64,000 nt of DNA from Orbicella franksi (taxonomy: Eukaryota). Below the pieces are notes generated by a model, which had not been told where the DNA came from, did no database searches, and was given only the letters and a program-made list of their open reading frames with translations. The first letter of the stretch is position 1; every line of letters starts with the position of its first letter. A program made the position numbers and the translations under genes. The DNA lies in the NCBI GenBank assembly GCA_964199315.1, contig OZ116703.1, forward strand, positions 31,124,001 through 31,188,000, in the 5' to 3' direction. Positions 14,901-26,676 of this stretch are shown one piece after another.

Positions 14901-17900
14901 TCTCTAACTTGCCACAACTTTCCATCAAAAAGAAATATGCCTCATCCATTCTTACCTAGAGTAATAACGGACACCATATTCCCTTCTACTCTCTAGGGTC
15001 CCGTGTGGACATTGTGTACTCATGGTGAATGGCTTTTCAGTGGCTCATCGGACAAGACCATTAAGGTAATGTTTAGATTCGGCTTAGACGATTTAAAGTG
15101 CGCGTGATTCCTAGCTGTAGTATCCAACAATGACGTTATTTTGGCTCGTCAAACAATTATTTTTCCATGGTGTCAGGGAGCCCTGTAGTAGCCCGCTACT
15201 CCAAGAGCTTCCAATAAAGAATTAAAACCTGTTGTGAAACACGCAAAATTAATTTGTTATTTTTGAGTCGTTGGTCGAACCACGTCTTCGACAATTCAGC
15301 ATTTTTTGTTCGCTTTCCAAGTTCTTATCCGATAAACTTCTCATTGAAAAAGAGGAAAATCCATGTAACCCGCAGTTTACATTCTTATCTTTCGTGTTTC
15401 AAAAGGTTGTAAAGTGCATTTTTTTCTCTCTTATGGGAATTTTCTACTTTTGTTTTTGAAGGTGTGGGACACATTGACAACCTACAAATGCGTGAAGACG
15501 CTAGAGGGACACAGTGGAATCGTGCTGGCTTTGTGTACACACGAGTAAGTCGCGCTTTGGAAAGTGGCAAAAATGATTCTCTGCTTTTAGCTTTGCGTTT
15601 CGTGAGCTATGTAAGTGGCTCACAGAACAAACGTGGCGTGCTCTAACGAATGGAAGGGATGAAGCGTTTCAGACCAGTCAGGTGTGAAAGCTAAAAGAAA
15701 TCAACTTTTGGTTTTCGCGACTTTTCCCGCGCCTGCCAGAAGTGACGTGTTTTCCTGCGTTTAGAGCACAGCATGTTTTCCCACGCCTTACACCGCTTAC
15801 AAATTTTTCTGCGCTTGTCAAGGGCTTTCAAGCTTCATCCAGGGGTTCAGTTAGTTGGGGCGCAGCGCGAAAAATGCCGTACACGGCTGAGCAAAACCAA
15901 CTAACTGAACGCCTAAAAGAGGCTTAGGACTTTCATATTTTCCCGCGATTTCCCCCTGATGTTTCCCGCGCTTACCGTCGCTGGTCAGCTGCTTATTTCT
16001 GGATCGAACTCTGATTGGCTCATTACTTTTTCTGCCACGGTGATTGACTGTTTGCCTTATTTCCACCTTACCAACATCTCACCTTCTTTGCCTGTTTTGT
16101 GTTACAGCAAAAAGCTCTACAGTGGATCAGCAGACTGCACTATAAACGTACGTGGCTTAGTTATGAGAATATACAGATAATATTCCCGTACCCGATGCAG
16201 CCTGTCAGAAAAACTGAAGTTCCGTCATGTCACTGAGCTGAACTGGAAATCCCCTTCTCTTAGGGACGGACCAAGGGTTGGGGTTGGGCAGTTACCGTCA
16301 AAAAATCCTGGACAGCAAAAACTGCTGAAAAAAAATCGTGCGACAGGAGCCACGGGGAAAAAAATCGAGCATGTCCTTTCTACTATTTAGGTCCTGTTTT
16401 TTGGCATGAAAAAAGTTATTGTACAAGCTTTTGCCCACCAGAAAAAATCATGCACGACGTAAGGGCGAGAAAAAAAATTCATGTCCCGGAAAATTGCCCA
16501 AATTAATTGCCCAACAACCTTGGCACACTCAGTTCTAACTGCCATTAAAATCTCCTCAAATTATCTAGAGAATGTAAACTGTGCGTAAAATGAGTATAAC
16601 TGAATGTCATGACTTACATGTAAATTCTCTCAACTATTACTATGAGAATTGTATGGAGACGATTTAAGAGAACTTGCATAATGATATCAACGTTTCCGTT
16701 TCGATGTCAGGTTTGGTGCCTGGAGGCTCTTGAACTGCTTGACTCTATTCGTGGTCACGAAAACCCGGTCTGTACGTTGGTAACAAAGAGGAACATGCTG
16801 TTCAGCGGATCGCTCAAGAAAATCAAGGTATGTAGACTGTTCCACCAGTCTGTGTTCGAGAACTGAAGTCGAATTGCACTGTGCAGGATGGAGGACATTT
16901 CAGTTCGAAATATGGTTTCTTTTGTCTTTTCCGTATTTATGTTACTGTGAGTCGTGGGTGTAAAAATGTACGTTTGTGTTTTCAAAAGCAAAGATTCATA
17001 ACATTTCAAGAACTTGTTCAATGATAGCCTGCAAGCAGGCTCACTTTGGACCACAAGCGCGAGCCGCGTAGCCGTTAGCGCAGAATCGAGCAACGAGCCC
17101 GCGAGACGAGAAAGTGCCTCCTCACCAGACTCCACCCCGTCTTATCGCTTCGCTCTTAGCCTCTGGCGCGTGTGACTTAAAGGTGAACTCAACGGTGAGC
17201 CTGGTCGCAGGCTAGTTCAATGATTAAATAGTCGAACTGATCTTTTGCGTCCTCTCCTTGCCAGTTTCCGAGGACGAACGGTATTTAGTTGATGTTTTCA
17301 CAATCTGTGGTTTTGCCGGTTCCAGGTGTGGAATCTCCAGACCATGGAGCTCATACAGGAATTGACAGGCCTCAATCACTGGGTGCGAGCGTTAGTTGCC
17401 TCAGAAAGGCACCTCTTTAGTGGGTCCTATCAGACTATTAAGGTACGTCTTCAGAATGTGCCCAATGCGTATTCAACAAGCAAACAAGATCTTCCTCAGG
17501 GCAATTTTGATTGGAATTTGTTGTCATATGTTTTCTGACTCGCCTGCCTACTCAGCACTACATTACTAGTAACACAGTTTTCTGAATGAGACCGATATTT
17601 CCTTTGGTTTTTCAGTTATGGGACCTAGACACTCTAGAGTGTGTTCGAGTTCTTCAGACATCTGGAGGCAGTGTATACTCCTTGGCGGTCACCAAGGAGT
17701 ACATCGTGTGTGGAACATACGAGAACCAAGTTCAGGTAACACATTTAGAGCAGTTTTCACAAATTGTGGGTGTCGAAAAACAAAAACCAAAGCTTTTACC
17801 TGTCCAGTCACAAAGGAAGCAGACAATCCGGTGAACCAATCAAAACCTCTTAGCAAATGTGTGTAGGTGACGCTAAGCGCGGGAAAACGTGTTCGAGCGA

Positions 17901-20900
17901 GTCACGATTGGTTTGATTGGTTGAGAAAGTGGCGCGAGTATTTTTGCACCAATCAGAAAGAGTAGTAATGCAACACCAAGGCCAAACCGCTCTACCCGAA
18001 CGAACGAAGCAAGTGCACTGTCGGTAAATCTTCGTGGCAGTTTTCAAAGAATTCCGAAAGTTATTGACCAATCAAATTTAACACGAGTAGTCACGAGCAT
18101 GCCAAAACCACGGTGCCATACATGTACGGTTTCCATTGGTTTTAGGACTTTGGGCAGAAAATGTTACAAAAATGCATCCGTAAACCAATATAAGAAGGGA
18201 CAAAACTGATCATTGAGATTCTTCACGAAGCCTTATTTTTGATTAGTAGTTGTCTTAATTTAAAAGCTTGATAAACTTTTCTCTTTCCATAAGGTGTATG
18301 ATGTCAACACACACAAACATTTGGAGACGCTCAATGGTAAGTTGTGATACTTCTTCCTTCAAATAACAAATTTTTCATCGTGTTGCACTTTCATTATTGT
18401 TACTGAAAATGTTAGACTGCGAGCAGTCTCTTTCTTTTCCTAGCGTGCGACGCGAAATCTCGAATGCGAAGCACAAGAAGAACGTTCGAGCAGCGAGATG
18501 CGCAGGCGCGGAAAGAAACAGATTGCTGTCTCGTCCCTTCTCATATTTTCCCCTAATTTGCATAATTTTTAACTTTTCCAATCGCGCGTAGGATTTCGGG
18601 AACAAAAACCAGCTGCTCGTAGTCGGTGGAAAAGTTGACATTTTTCCAGTTTGGGGCATTCCGCTCTATCTCTGCCGCCGTCAAAACATTCCGGTCCAGG
18701 TTATTGTTGTTGGTTATGTACGTTGTTTCACAGGTTTTCGTAGAGAAGACTTGATGGCCCACATTTGAAAACAGGGAAAACGTCGCTCAAAACATTCTTT
18801 TATGGAAATCCGATGTCAGATTTCTTTGCAAAAGTGAATTTCTGAACAGTTCATTAACCTAGCGATACCTGAAAAACGATTTTCCTGATAGAATTGAGGC
18901 TTGGAAATTCGCAAATAACAGTATTGAAGTGCCATGAAAATGCGACTGTATACTTACCGCTTCATCTATTTACCTCAAATGTGGTCAATAATTTGTTTCA
19001 ATCTCCAGATTTCTTTAGTTTGAAAACGTTGAACATTTCCAATCTATAATATTTCGGAAATTGTGTGAGGTACAGTTTTACAACCTTTTAACTATCCATG
19101 TGGTTGGCCAAATTTCACCGTCACCGTCGTCAAATTATCAGCTCTCTTTCAGCAAAGTCGCGAACGCCTTCGACAGTTATTTCCAGTTCACTGTAAAATG
19201 GGATGTTTACGAGACATTTAAAATGTTGCGAGAAAAAGGAAAATTATACCCCTTTTGATGCGTTTATTGACTTGCTTACACTAATGGCCGTCCGTTTTCT
19301 GTTCTGTAACACCCTAAATTATCGAAATGTTTTTATCTGTTGTATTATAGGACACATCATGCAAAATACAGCGAAATGAAACTGTATTGCCAACTATTTT
19401 ACAACACTTCATTTTATCCTTAGCCGTCATTCTGTTAAATAACATTTCGCCGAAGGTTTAGTTGTTCGAAAACGTCACACTTTTACAGTCATCCCTTCGG
19501 CAACCTTTATTTCGCTCCTTCCGCCATCATTCGCCGGGTTGTGGAAGAACTCTTTACAAGACATAGTTCGCCTGTTACTTTGTTCCATATCGCTCGTCGT
19601 ATCATTTGGAGTATGTTCATAACCGAACGCCTGTACTGTTCGCGCAAGTTCTCATTTGCTCGGCGAACTGGCTCTGCATTTTCTGTTTATTTTGCTTCTC
19701 GTTTGCTGTTGACAGTGGTAGTTTATTTTCGCGTTCACTGATCAACAAAATGCCATCTTCTGCCGCTAGTCCGCTCGGCGTTGTTCTTTTCGATCGTGTG
19801 GAAGAATGCGACATTCTAATTTGCGTTTTTCGGTGGTGTTTTGAATCAGTTTAAAACATACGTTCTCTTATTCCAAGCGAGGTTTGGATGTGGCTTTTTC
19901 GAGCGATTCCTCAGCGATTTGAATTCTCTTATCATTGTTGTGTCGCCGTGAAATAAGCAACAGCTTAATTACATGAGCGATTGAAAATTATCTGTGCGGT
20001 TGGCCGGGCCTTACAGAATTTTTAAAAACTAGATTTTTATATCGTGTTTTCAAGCAGTACATCAACATCACTTTAATTCCAAAACAATTTATTTCGGTTT
20101 TTGCTCAAACAAAATTGAGTTTCGACCTGTTTCTGCATTTGAGCATGAAACGAAACAACATTAAAAGATAATATATTTTATGATGGCAATATCTTATTTG
20201 CTTCATCGATACTCTTGTCACTGATCTAAAGACGATCTTCGCCAGAATCTATGGTTCCTACGGTTAGTGTTTGGAAGCAGTGACTCGTTTTGAAGGACGA
20301 ACGCTTAACATACACTTGCGATACAAACTGCATCTTGAAATAGGAGCGCTTAACATACATATTTGCTAGCGAACGAGCAGTCAAACTGCTCATTAAAAAA
20401 AAAAATTCATTGCATTGTTTTCGCATTCTATTCAGTTTCATCGTCAAGAAGTGATTTCAAAAAAAAATAATAATAATCACATCAAGGGAAACAGACTTGG
20501 TACCTGTGTATGTGTCCAACGTTTTTGTATTTATTTCGGGTCACTCTGCCCGCTGTTATTTCCCTGTTGGTCGTTATTTTTCATTCTGTCGAACAATATT
20601 TCATAGAAATCCAGGGGTTTGAAGATGTCGATCACAAGCGCACTGATCTCTTCCTCGGACAATTTCTTGGCATTTTCAGTCAGGGAGGCGCTGTGATTTT
20701 GGATGAAGTAGTGGGCACTGCTTGTGGACATGACTGTATGCGATGAACTTCGTTGCCTTCCACTCGGGCCAAGATCGGTATTGGTGTTTATCTTGTCTAC
20801 GACTTTGATAGCTGGTTCGCTCGAAGACTTTTGCCTTTGAAGCTGTGGATGTTCCTGTTTTGAACTGACAACAGTTTTCGTTGATGGATGTGTAGTTTGT

Positions 20901-22958
20901 GCCCTGGCTCTCGACTCCGCTGGAATCTCCCTCTTCTTGTTCCAGTGCTCCTCGTTCATAGCCGATTTCTCTTCCATTTCTCGTTTTCTCTTCCTCTTTT
21001 CTTTCTTCACGGAGCTGCGATAGCTGTAGCAAGTCGAAGGCCTTTCTTGTTTGCCGCGTGTTATATAACACGAAGTGTCACGTGTGTTTGACTTCTTAAC
21101 TACGCAGTAAATGGAAAACAGCCCACAGTGAATGAGAAAAACAACTCCTTTAAAGGCTATGGGTAGCGTGGCGTGTAACTCAAACACGTTATACGTGTTT
21201 AACTCGTGCGTTTTTCACGTGTCGCGCACGTGTTGTGCACTCTTTACGCGTTTGGGAGGAAACTACTACCTTTCCTCTTGTAACTTGTGTGCGGTCAGGC
21301 CGAGTGTTTTCGAGCTCTCTGAAATTTGAAATAAGCTCCCCGTGTGCTTTACCGAGGCGAGGCAGTAATCTACACGTGGTCAACGTATGTTTTTTTTGTC
21401 TTGGCAGGTCACGTGGGTACTGTATATGGTCTCGCTGTGCTGAGTGCTCCAGGACAGACCCGTTTATTCAGTGCTTCTTATGACAGATCACTCAGGGTAA
21501 TTTGAAAAAGTTATTCTTGTTTTAATGGAGTGGTTTCACGCCTTGTTTTTGTAAGTTGTAGCATTGACTTGTTTGCTTATGTAACAATCAAAACGAGCTG
21601 ACGATTTTTGGAGGAAATTTTACTGTGAAATTTTCCTGGACAGTTGCGAAAACTCTGTGATACAGGTAGTAATTCTCATGAGAATTCTTTTCATCTTCCG
21701 ACTGCCAAGCACCATACAATTCATTTGTTTATGAACCAATCGGGTGCGAGTAGATAATCCTGCATGTGTCCGGAACAGCCATTAGCCGGAGTAATAAATT
21801 CATAGTTTAGGAAATTATGATGGAGATGATTGCGTGACTGACAGATAAGTAACACAAGTCAGCTACACTCTTTGACTAGAATCTTCTTTCCCAGGTCTGG
21901 AATTTGGAGAGCTTCACTTGTGTCCAGACTCTACTCCGCCATCAAGGGAGCGTGGCCGCTCTGGCTGTCACAAAAGGAAGAATATTTTCTGGAGCTGTGG
22001 ACAGTACAGTGAAAGTAAGCTATTCACATCGCTTAGCCCATAGTTAATAGAGGGGAATGGTTATGAAACCCGACAAAGTTCTTTGTGGTATGTTTTTGTT
22101 CGCTTGTTTGGCCTTGACTGTGCACAAAACACAATAGTTGTTTACTCCGGACTGAGGAACTAACCATTAGAAACGTTTTGGTTACGTAATTTATTCATAG
22201 TGTATGAGCGCAAAACAAAAGGTTGTGCACGGTCGTGGACCTTCCAACATAAATCTTGAAATCTTTGTTTGCTCCTTTGATGTTTGCCGGACTTCATAAC
22301 GAGTCCCCTCTATTAATTATGCTTAGCCCTAATGATTGTAACTCAGCCTGCCGGGATCGGTCCTCCACCGAAAAGGAGATTGTTCCTCCTGTGATGTACT
22401 TTAATTACTGGTGTCATTGTGTTTGTGTGCCATTAGGGACCTTAAGCAAACTACGACAACAACGGCAACGACAGCGAAAACACCACCAAACAAACGGTTT
22501 AACGAGCGAAACAATGGCTGTACACGTGCGTTATAAATCTTTGTACATTTCTTTGCCGTCCTCTGCAAAACAACAACGTGAAATGACTAAGTTCTCCGTA
22601 TTTTAGAGAATGTGAACGACAGCGGCTAATGTTTCGTATTTATATGAAATTCAACGCTGGCATTGCATATTAAGCTCAAGTAACTTCTGAGACCGATACG
22701 CGTACTGAACAGATCTGGATGATTGCGAAATTCAAAGGTGAATTATAAATCCTTGTTTTACTAGGCATCGTCCTTGGCGTCGCCGTCGTCTTTGCTTAAA
22801 GGTCTCTAATATCAGGCATACAACTTGATGGTCGTAAAGTTACTATTGAAAGAAAGGATATATATGGCGTGATACTTCTTCTTCTTCGGCTTGAAGTAAG
22901 GCTTTTGTAATTTATGCTGATTTGAAATTCTTCTTTTGTCTCCCAGGTTTGGCAGTGA
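5956..22958 (+). CDS. TRAF7: E3 ubiquitin ligase TRAF7 (RING, TRAF zinc fingers, coiled coil, WD40 repeats), complete, 24 coding exons
   Basis: Exons 5956-6027, 7266-7326, 7835-7956, 10413-10505, 11243-11335, 11447-11577, 11659-11734, 12497-12555, 13077-13146, 13455-13520, 13621-13702, 14105-14178, 14590-14632, 14787-14839, 14997-15065, 15462-15544, 16108-16147, 16711-16827, 17326-17442, 17616-17735, 18294-18336, 21408-21496, 21895-22014, 22947-22958 (VWQ-TGA). All are GT-AG and phase-consistent. Diagnostic segments: [90 protein letters not shown]. Exon 1 and the 3' end of exon 3 are the least certain parts. Confidence 0.96.
13753..14038 (-). mobile_element. tRNA-derived SINE (cnidarian Nin-domain-like family) in TRAF7 intron 11
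   Basis: The reverse complement has a tRNA-like head (GCGGTGGCCTCATGATTAGTGCG...GGTTCGAACCCTGG) and the same body as the + strand copies at 42361, 44505, 55243 and 56968. Confidence 0.85.
19314..19814 (-). pseudogene. Frameshifted copy of the DIFKPLDF small-protein family, nested in TRAF7 intron 21
   Basis: Family motifs appear in the right order but in different frames: ...[10 protein letters not shown]..., MSCKEFF (19544-19564), DVFEQLN (19456-19476), then after a 1-nt shift FGEMLFNRM (family consensus [16 protein letters not shown]). Confidence 0.6.
20531..20977 (-). CDS. Intronless 148-aa uncharacterised protein (DIFKPLDF family), nested antisense in TRAF7 intron 21
   Basis: Open frame [10 protein letters not shown]...[51 protein letters not shown]. 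The motif is shared with four other ORFs in the window. TTATATAA lies at 21061-21068, about 85 nt upstream of the ATG. Confidence 0.8.
   Translation of the reverse strand: MEEKSAMNEEHWNKKREIPAESRARAQTTHPSTKTVVSSKQEHPQLQRQKSSSEPAIKVVDKINTNTDLGPSGRQRSSSHTVMSTSSAHYFIQNHSASLTENAKKLSEEEISALVIDIFKPLDFYEILFDRMKNNDQQGNNSGQSDPK
21061..21415 (-). promoter_or_regulatory. TATA box plus E-box cluster upstream of the nested gene
   Basis: CACGTG at 21079, 21216, 21227, 21373 and 21410; TACGTG at 21192; TTATATAA at 21061. Confidence 0.55.
22434..22808. mobile_element. MITE in TRAF7 intron 23
   Basis: Inverted termini TAGGGACCTTAAGCAAACTACGAC... and ...GTCGTCTTTGCTTAAAGGTCTCTA. Confidence 0.75.
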
Positions 22959-23295
22959 AGTGAAATTGAAGCTATTTGACCAAGCGAAATTCAAGGCTCC
23001 CCAGGCTGTCATGAGTTGTTGGCGTGGGTTTTGCCTTCGGTGAACATTCTTCTAAGACGACTTCAAAGAGGACCAATGAGATATACCTCTGAAAATGTGA
23101 ACATGGAGGTGTACTAGTGGCTGGCAATAAGACAAAGTGTGAATATTACTGTCGTTGAAAGCTTTTTCTATGCTAGAGACAAAATGAAAAAGACGAATTA
23201 CTCAACCTAAGTTGACGATCACGTTCCTCACAAAGTGGATTCTAATCATAACAGACATCAGGATACTGGAATTTCTAACGCATGTGTGGAATGTG

Positions 23296-23654
23296 AAGCC
23301 CCAGCCAAACGATCGCAACATTTAAACGCAACACATCGAAACATTGTTGGGCGAAACATGTTGCACGTGTTTGGCCACCCTGTTGGGACGTGTTGCGCCA
23401 TGTTGGGTATTGAAAATTGAACTAGTGCGCATGCCCTGGCGCAACATTGTTGCACGAACCTGGCCAAACGACTACAACTTCATACAACATCCACAAATGT
23501 TGCATGAAAAATTTGACCATTTTCAAATTTGAGCCAACAACACCCAACATGCCGCAACATGTCGCAACAGGGTGGCCAAACGCGCGCAACATGCTGCGCC
23601 CAAGAACGTCGCGATATGTTGGGTTGAAATGTTGTGATCGTTTGGCCGGGGCTT
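23296..23654. mobile_element. MITE with internal CAACA/TGTTG short repeats
   Basis: Inverted termini AAGCCCCAGCCAAACGATCGCAACATTT and AAATGTTGTGATCGTTTGGCCGGGGCTT. Confidence 0.75.
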
Positions 23655-24368
23655 GACCAAAACATTTTTTCTTTTTTTTTTTTTCTCGCTTTTGTTTGCG
23701 CTTGTTTGCTTTCTCGCTCAGCAATCAACGAAAGAGAAGTGGGCTTTGCTATTAACTTAGAACTACGTGATCGAGCTCTAGTAGAATAGTCGACTTGGCA
23801 TTACCTAAGAGAAACAGAGCTTATTCTCAATCTATCGTCACTCACTCAGGGACCCGTATAAAGACAGAACCTGGGCACGAGAACTTTGCGAACAATTTGC
23901 GGGCAAGTTGATATTTTGGATCATTCTCGATCGAGTTTCAATCAAGAACTGAATGTCAAATCAGAAAATATGCGTTCTCTATGGGGTTTGTTATTTCTTG
24001 CGGCAGTTTTTTTGTGTCAACAGCAGAACTGACGATGATAAAATAATTAAAATGACTTTGTAATTTTCTTTCTTTATTTGGCATCAAACTTGCGTCACAA
24101 TCAATCTCAGTGTTCTTTTCTTTTCTTTTTCGTGTATTATTTTTTGCCAAAAGTTGATTGTCAGAGTTGCAACTCTTTTTGCAAGGTTATTTTGGCCTTT
24201 CATTTACGCCATATGTATATACCAAGTTGTGAAGACTTGAAAATAATATATCTCGTTCAAGTGTAATATATATATATGAAAGAAAACATTTGGCTCTCTT
24301 AATTAAACAGCAGAGAAATTTACCAGACTAGTGGAGGGAATATGTAACTTCTTCAACTCTACCCTATT

Positions 24369-25180
24369 CTAGTCTGGTGTTCCCTAGTCTAGTTTGGTCT
24401 ATTTTAGTCTAGTCTACACTAGTCTAGTCTGGTTTATTTTAGTCTAGTCTAATCTGGTCTGTTTTAGTATTTAGCTCTTATTAACCGAGCTGGAGGTCTG
24501 TATGGGAGAATCTTGACCGAGGTCGTGAGTACAGACCGAACGCAGTGAGGTCTGTACACCGACCGGTTAATAAAATGTTTATTACATGGCAAAGAAGAAA
24601 ACTTTAATTCGTTTAATGTAACTGGTTTGCTAACATTTTGCTTGCGAACGGCGATGAGCTTAACTTAAACCTGCCGAAATTTGCTCGTCCTCTTTACTTT
24701 TTTTTTTTTCATCAGGCCTTTTGGCACTTCCATAAATTATTGAGAAGAAAATAAAAGAAAATGGTGAACATTTTTGTATTTTACTTTGCTACTTTTTCAA
24801 CGCAAAATGAAACCGGTCTAGATGAAGGTCTAGATGGGAAAATCTAGACCGCGGTCAATATCGATTTCAGCCAATCAAATTCGTGAATTCGGTAGTTTCC
24901 AGTCCTTGTGAGACACAGCCATATAATAAAGTCTGATCTAGTCCAGTCTAATCTGGTCTACTTTAGTCTAGTCTGGTTTACTCTAGTCTGGTCTGGTCTA
25001 GTCTAGCTTGGATTTTAGTCCAATCTCTGGCCTACCCTTGTTTGGTCTATAGTCTGGTCTATTTCAGTCTAGTCTGGTCCACTTTAGTCTGGTATACTTT
25101 AGTCTAGTCTGGTCTAGTTTAGTATAGTCTAGTCTGGTCTAGTTTAGTATAGTCTAGTCTGGTCTAGTCTAGTCTAGACT
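24369..25180. repeat. Degenerate pentamer satellite (CTAGT/CTGGT)n, split by an insertion
   Basis: Runs of CTAGT/CTGGT/TTAGT units at 24369-24470 and 24931-25180. Confidence 0.85.
24478..24929. mobile_element. Non-autonomous element with TTATTA...TAATAA termini
   Basis: Begins TTATTAACCGAGC and ends GCCATATAATAA. An element with the same terminal sequences lies in opposite orientation at ~11910-12182. Confidence 0.6.
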
Positions 25181-26102
25181 CGTTCGCCTTCTGATTCTTA
25201 TTTGCCAATCTTGTTCCGCCAGCCCCGTAGAAGAGAGAAACTGGGATTGAGGTTGTTTTTTCGCCTGAAAAAGAAGACTCCTCCTCGCGAGATCAAAACG
25301 CCTTGCCCTGAGCTGCCTGATATTCGTGTTGATAAATGCCCATGACGTGGTAAATGATTCTAAGCACAAACGTTTCTTTTGGAAACGTAGACGCTCTTGT
25401 GGGGACAAAATGAATGCGAGTTGTTTTATTTTGTGTACATTTGCCACTTTAGAACGAGAAGAAATCTGGGAGAGTGCCACCTATGAGACTTGCCCCAGGT
25501 TAACCGAGCATGGTGATCCGTCTAGAACCAGCAGTTCGGAGTCTGTTCCAGACATTTTCATACATAGACGGTTGAGATGCCGGGCAGAGTAAGGGTTAAC
25601 TTGTCTCTAGCAAGGGGTTTTAATACAAGCACTAGGCCATGTCCGAGTCTTCTCGCGAATCTACTCAGTATGAAAATGTGTACCGCCAAAAAGGACAGGT
25701 TTCTTTTCATGCAAAATAAACTATTTTTCATATAAAATTCGGAAATGGCCCATTACCTCACTGCCTAATTATTAGCTTATTACTGACACGTCATGCGTGA
25801 TGCAACTCCAGTGTTTGACGTCTTTCAATACTAACAACTTTTTCCTAATTAAATGATTGTAAAGATTGATTTGCACTAACCGGAAGCTACACAGAAGGTA
25901 ATGCATGACGTAACTGCCTAATTGATTCCTAATAAATTTATGTTGATTCCCTAATTGATGGAAGATGACGTTGAAATCCCGAATGTGAGAAATTATTGTC
26001 GACGAAATGCCTTGGACTACTAGACTATTGTCTGTAGAAGTACAGTTCAAATTAATCATACCGTGAGTAAATTCTTTATGCAAACACAATACAGTAAAGG
26101 TA

Positions 26103-26231
26103 TTTCGCAACAGAGTTGTGACGTATGCGGAAATTACTGCAGAATCCTTACCAAACGTTTCGCAATAAATTAACGAAAGCGACACCTGTTTTCCAGTGAA
26201 GGGCTTCTCGACAAAATGCTTCGCTATAAAG
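26103..26231 (+). promoter_or_regulatory. Conserved promoter module (C/EBP-like, CRE half-site, TATA), copy 1
   Basis: TTTCGCAAC 26103, TGACGT 26119, CTTACCAAACGTTTCGCAATAA 26147-26168, GCTATAAAGC 26223-26232. The same order occurs upstream of the 28.8 kb paralog. Confidence 0.55.
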
Positions 26232-26298
26232 CATGACTGCTATCTGAATATCGCTCGTATTCTTGATTATATTTTCAAAAAATAAACATCAAGAAGAA

Positions 26299-26676
26299 AT
26301 GGAAGTGTTCTCGTTGCAGAGCAACACAGATATAGAAGTTCTCATGATTCTATATTCCAAAGAAAACCAACCGAGGTTAACTAAAAGCTGGTCTACTCTG
26401 TCAAATCTGGCCGAAAGAAGCGATGACAAGATCAGACAATTAAGAGCTCGGAACAGAAGCATGTCTCACAGCCAAAGATGCTTTATGAAAGAACAACGAT
26501 TAGTGCCCTTAACTGAAAATCCAAAGAAGTTGTCCCTAGCGGAAGAGATGAAGTTGCTGAAGTCAGAAATCTTGAAACCTGCGGATATCTTGGAAATCTC
26601 CCGCAACGGAGTGAAAAGCAACGACAAGAAAATGTTCAACACATTCGACAGAGTATTCGTGATCACCTTTTATTGA
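26299..26676 (+). CDS. Intronless 125-aa DIFKPLDF-family protein with a diverged core motif
   Basis: Open frame with ENQPRLTKSWSTLSNLAERS...MSHSQRCFMK...LTENPKKLSLAEEMKLLKSEILKPADILEI...FDRVFVITFY, colinear with the 28858 ORF. Confidence 0.65.
   Translation: MEVFSLQSNTDIEVLMILYSKENQPRLTKSWSTLSNLAERSDDKIRQLRARNRSMSHSQRCFMKEQRLVPLTENPKKLSLAEEMKLLKSEILKPADILEISRNGVKSNDKKMFNTFDRVFVITFY

Noticed and set aside
20978-21187. N-terminal extension of the 218-aa ORF call 20531-21187
   Set aside because: It begins at a non-ATG codon and crosses the TATA box and E-boxes. The ATG at 20977 gives a length matching the 147-aa paralog.
22256-23728. Several 60-116 aa ORFs around the TRAF7 3' end
   Set aside because: They overlap MITEs (22434-22808, 23296-23654) and have no coding signature.
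25326-25592. ORF containing ASCF, PRLTE and DIF, faintly echoing the small-protein family
   Set aside because: Spacing is off, the [10 protein letters not shown] core is absent and DNA similarity is not evident by eye. It needs an HMM score before any claim.
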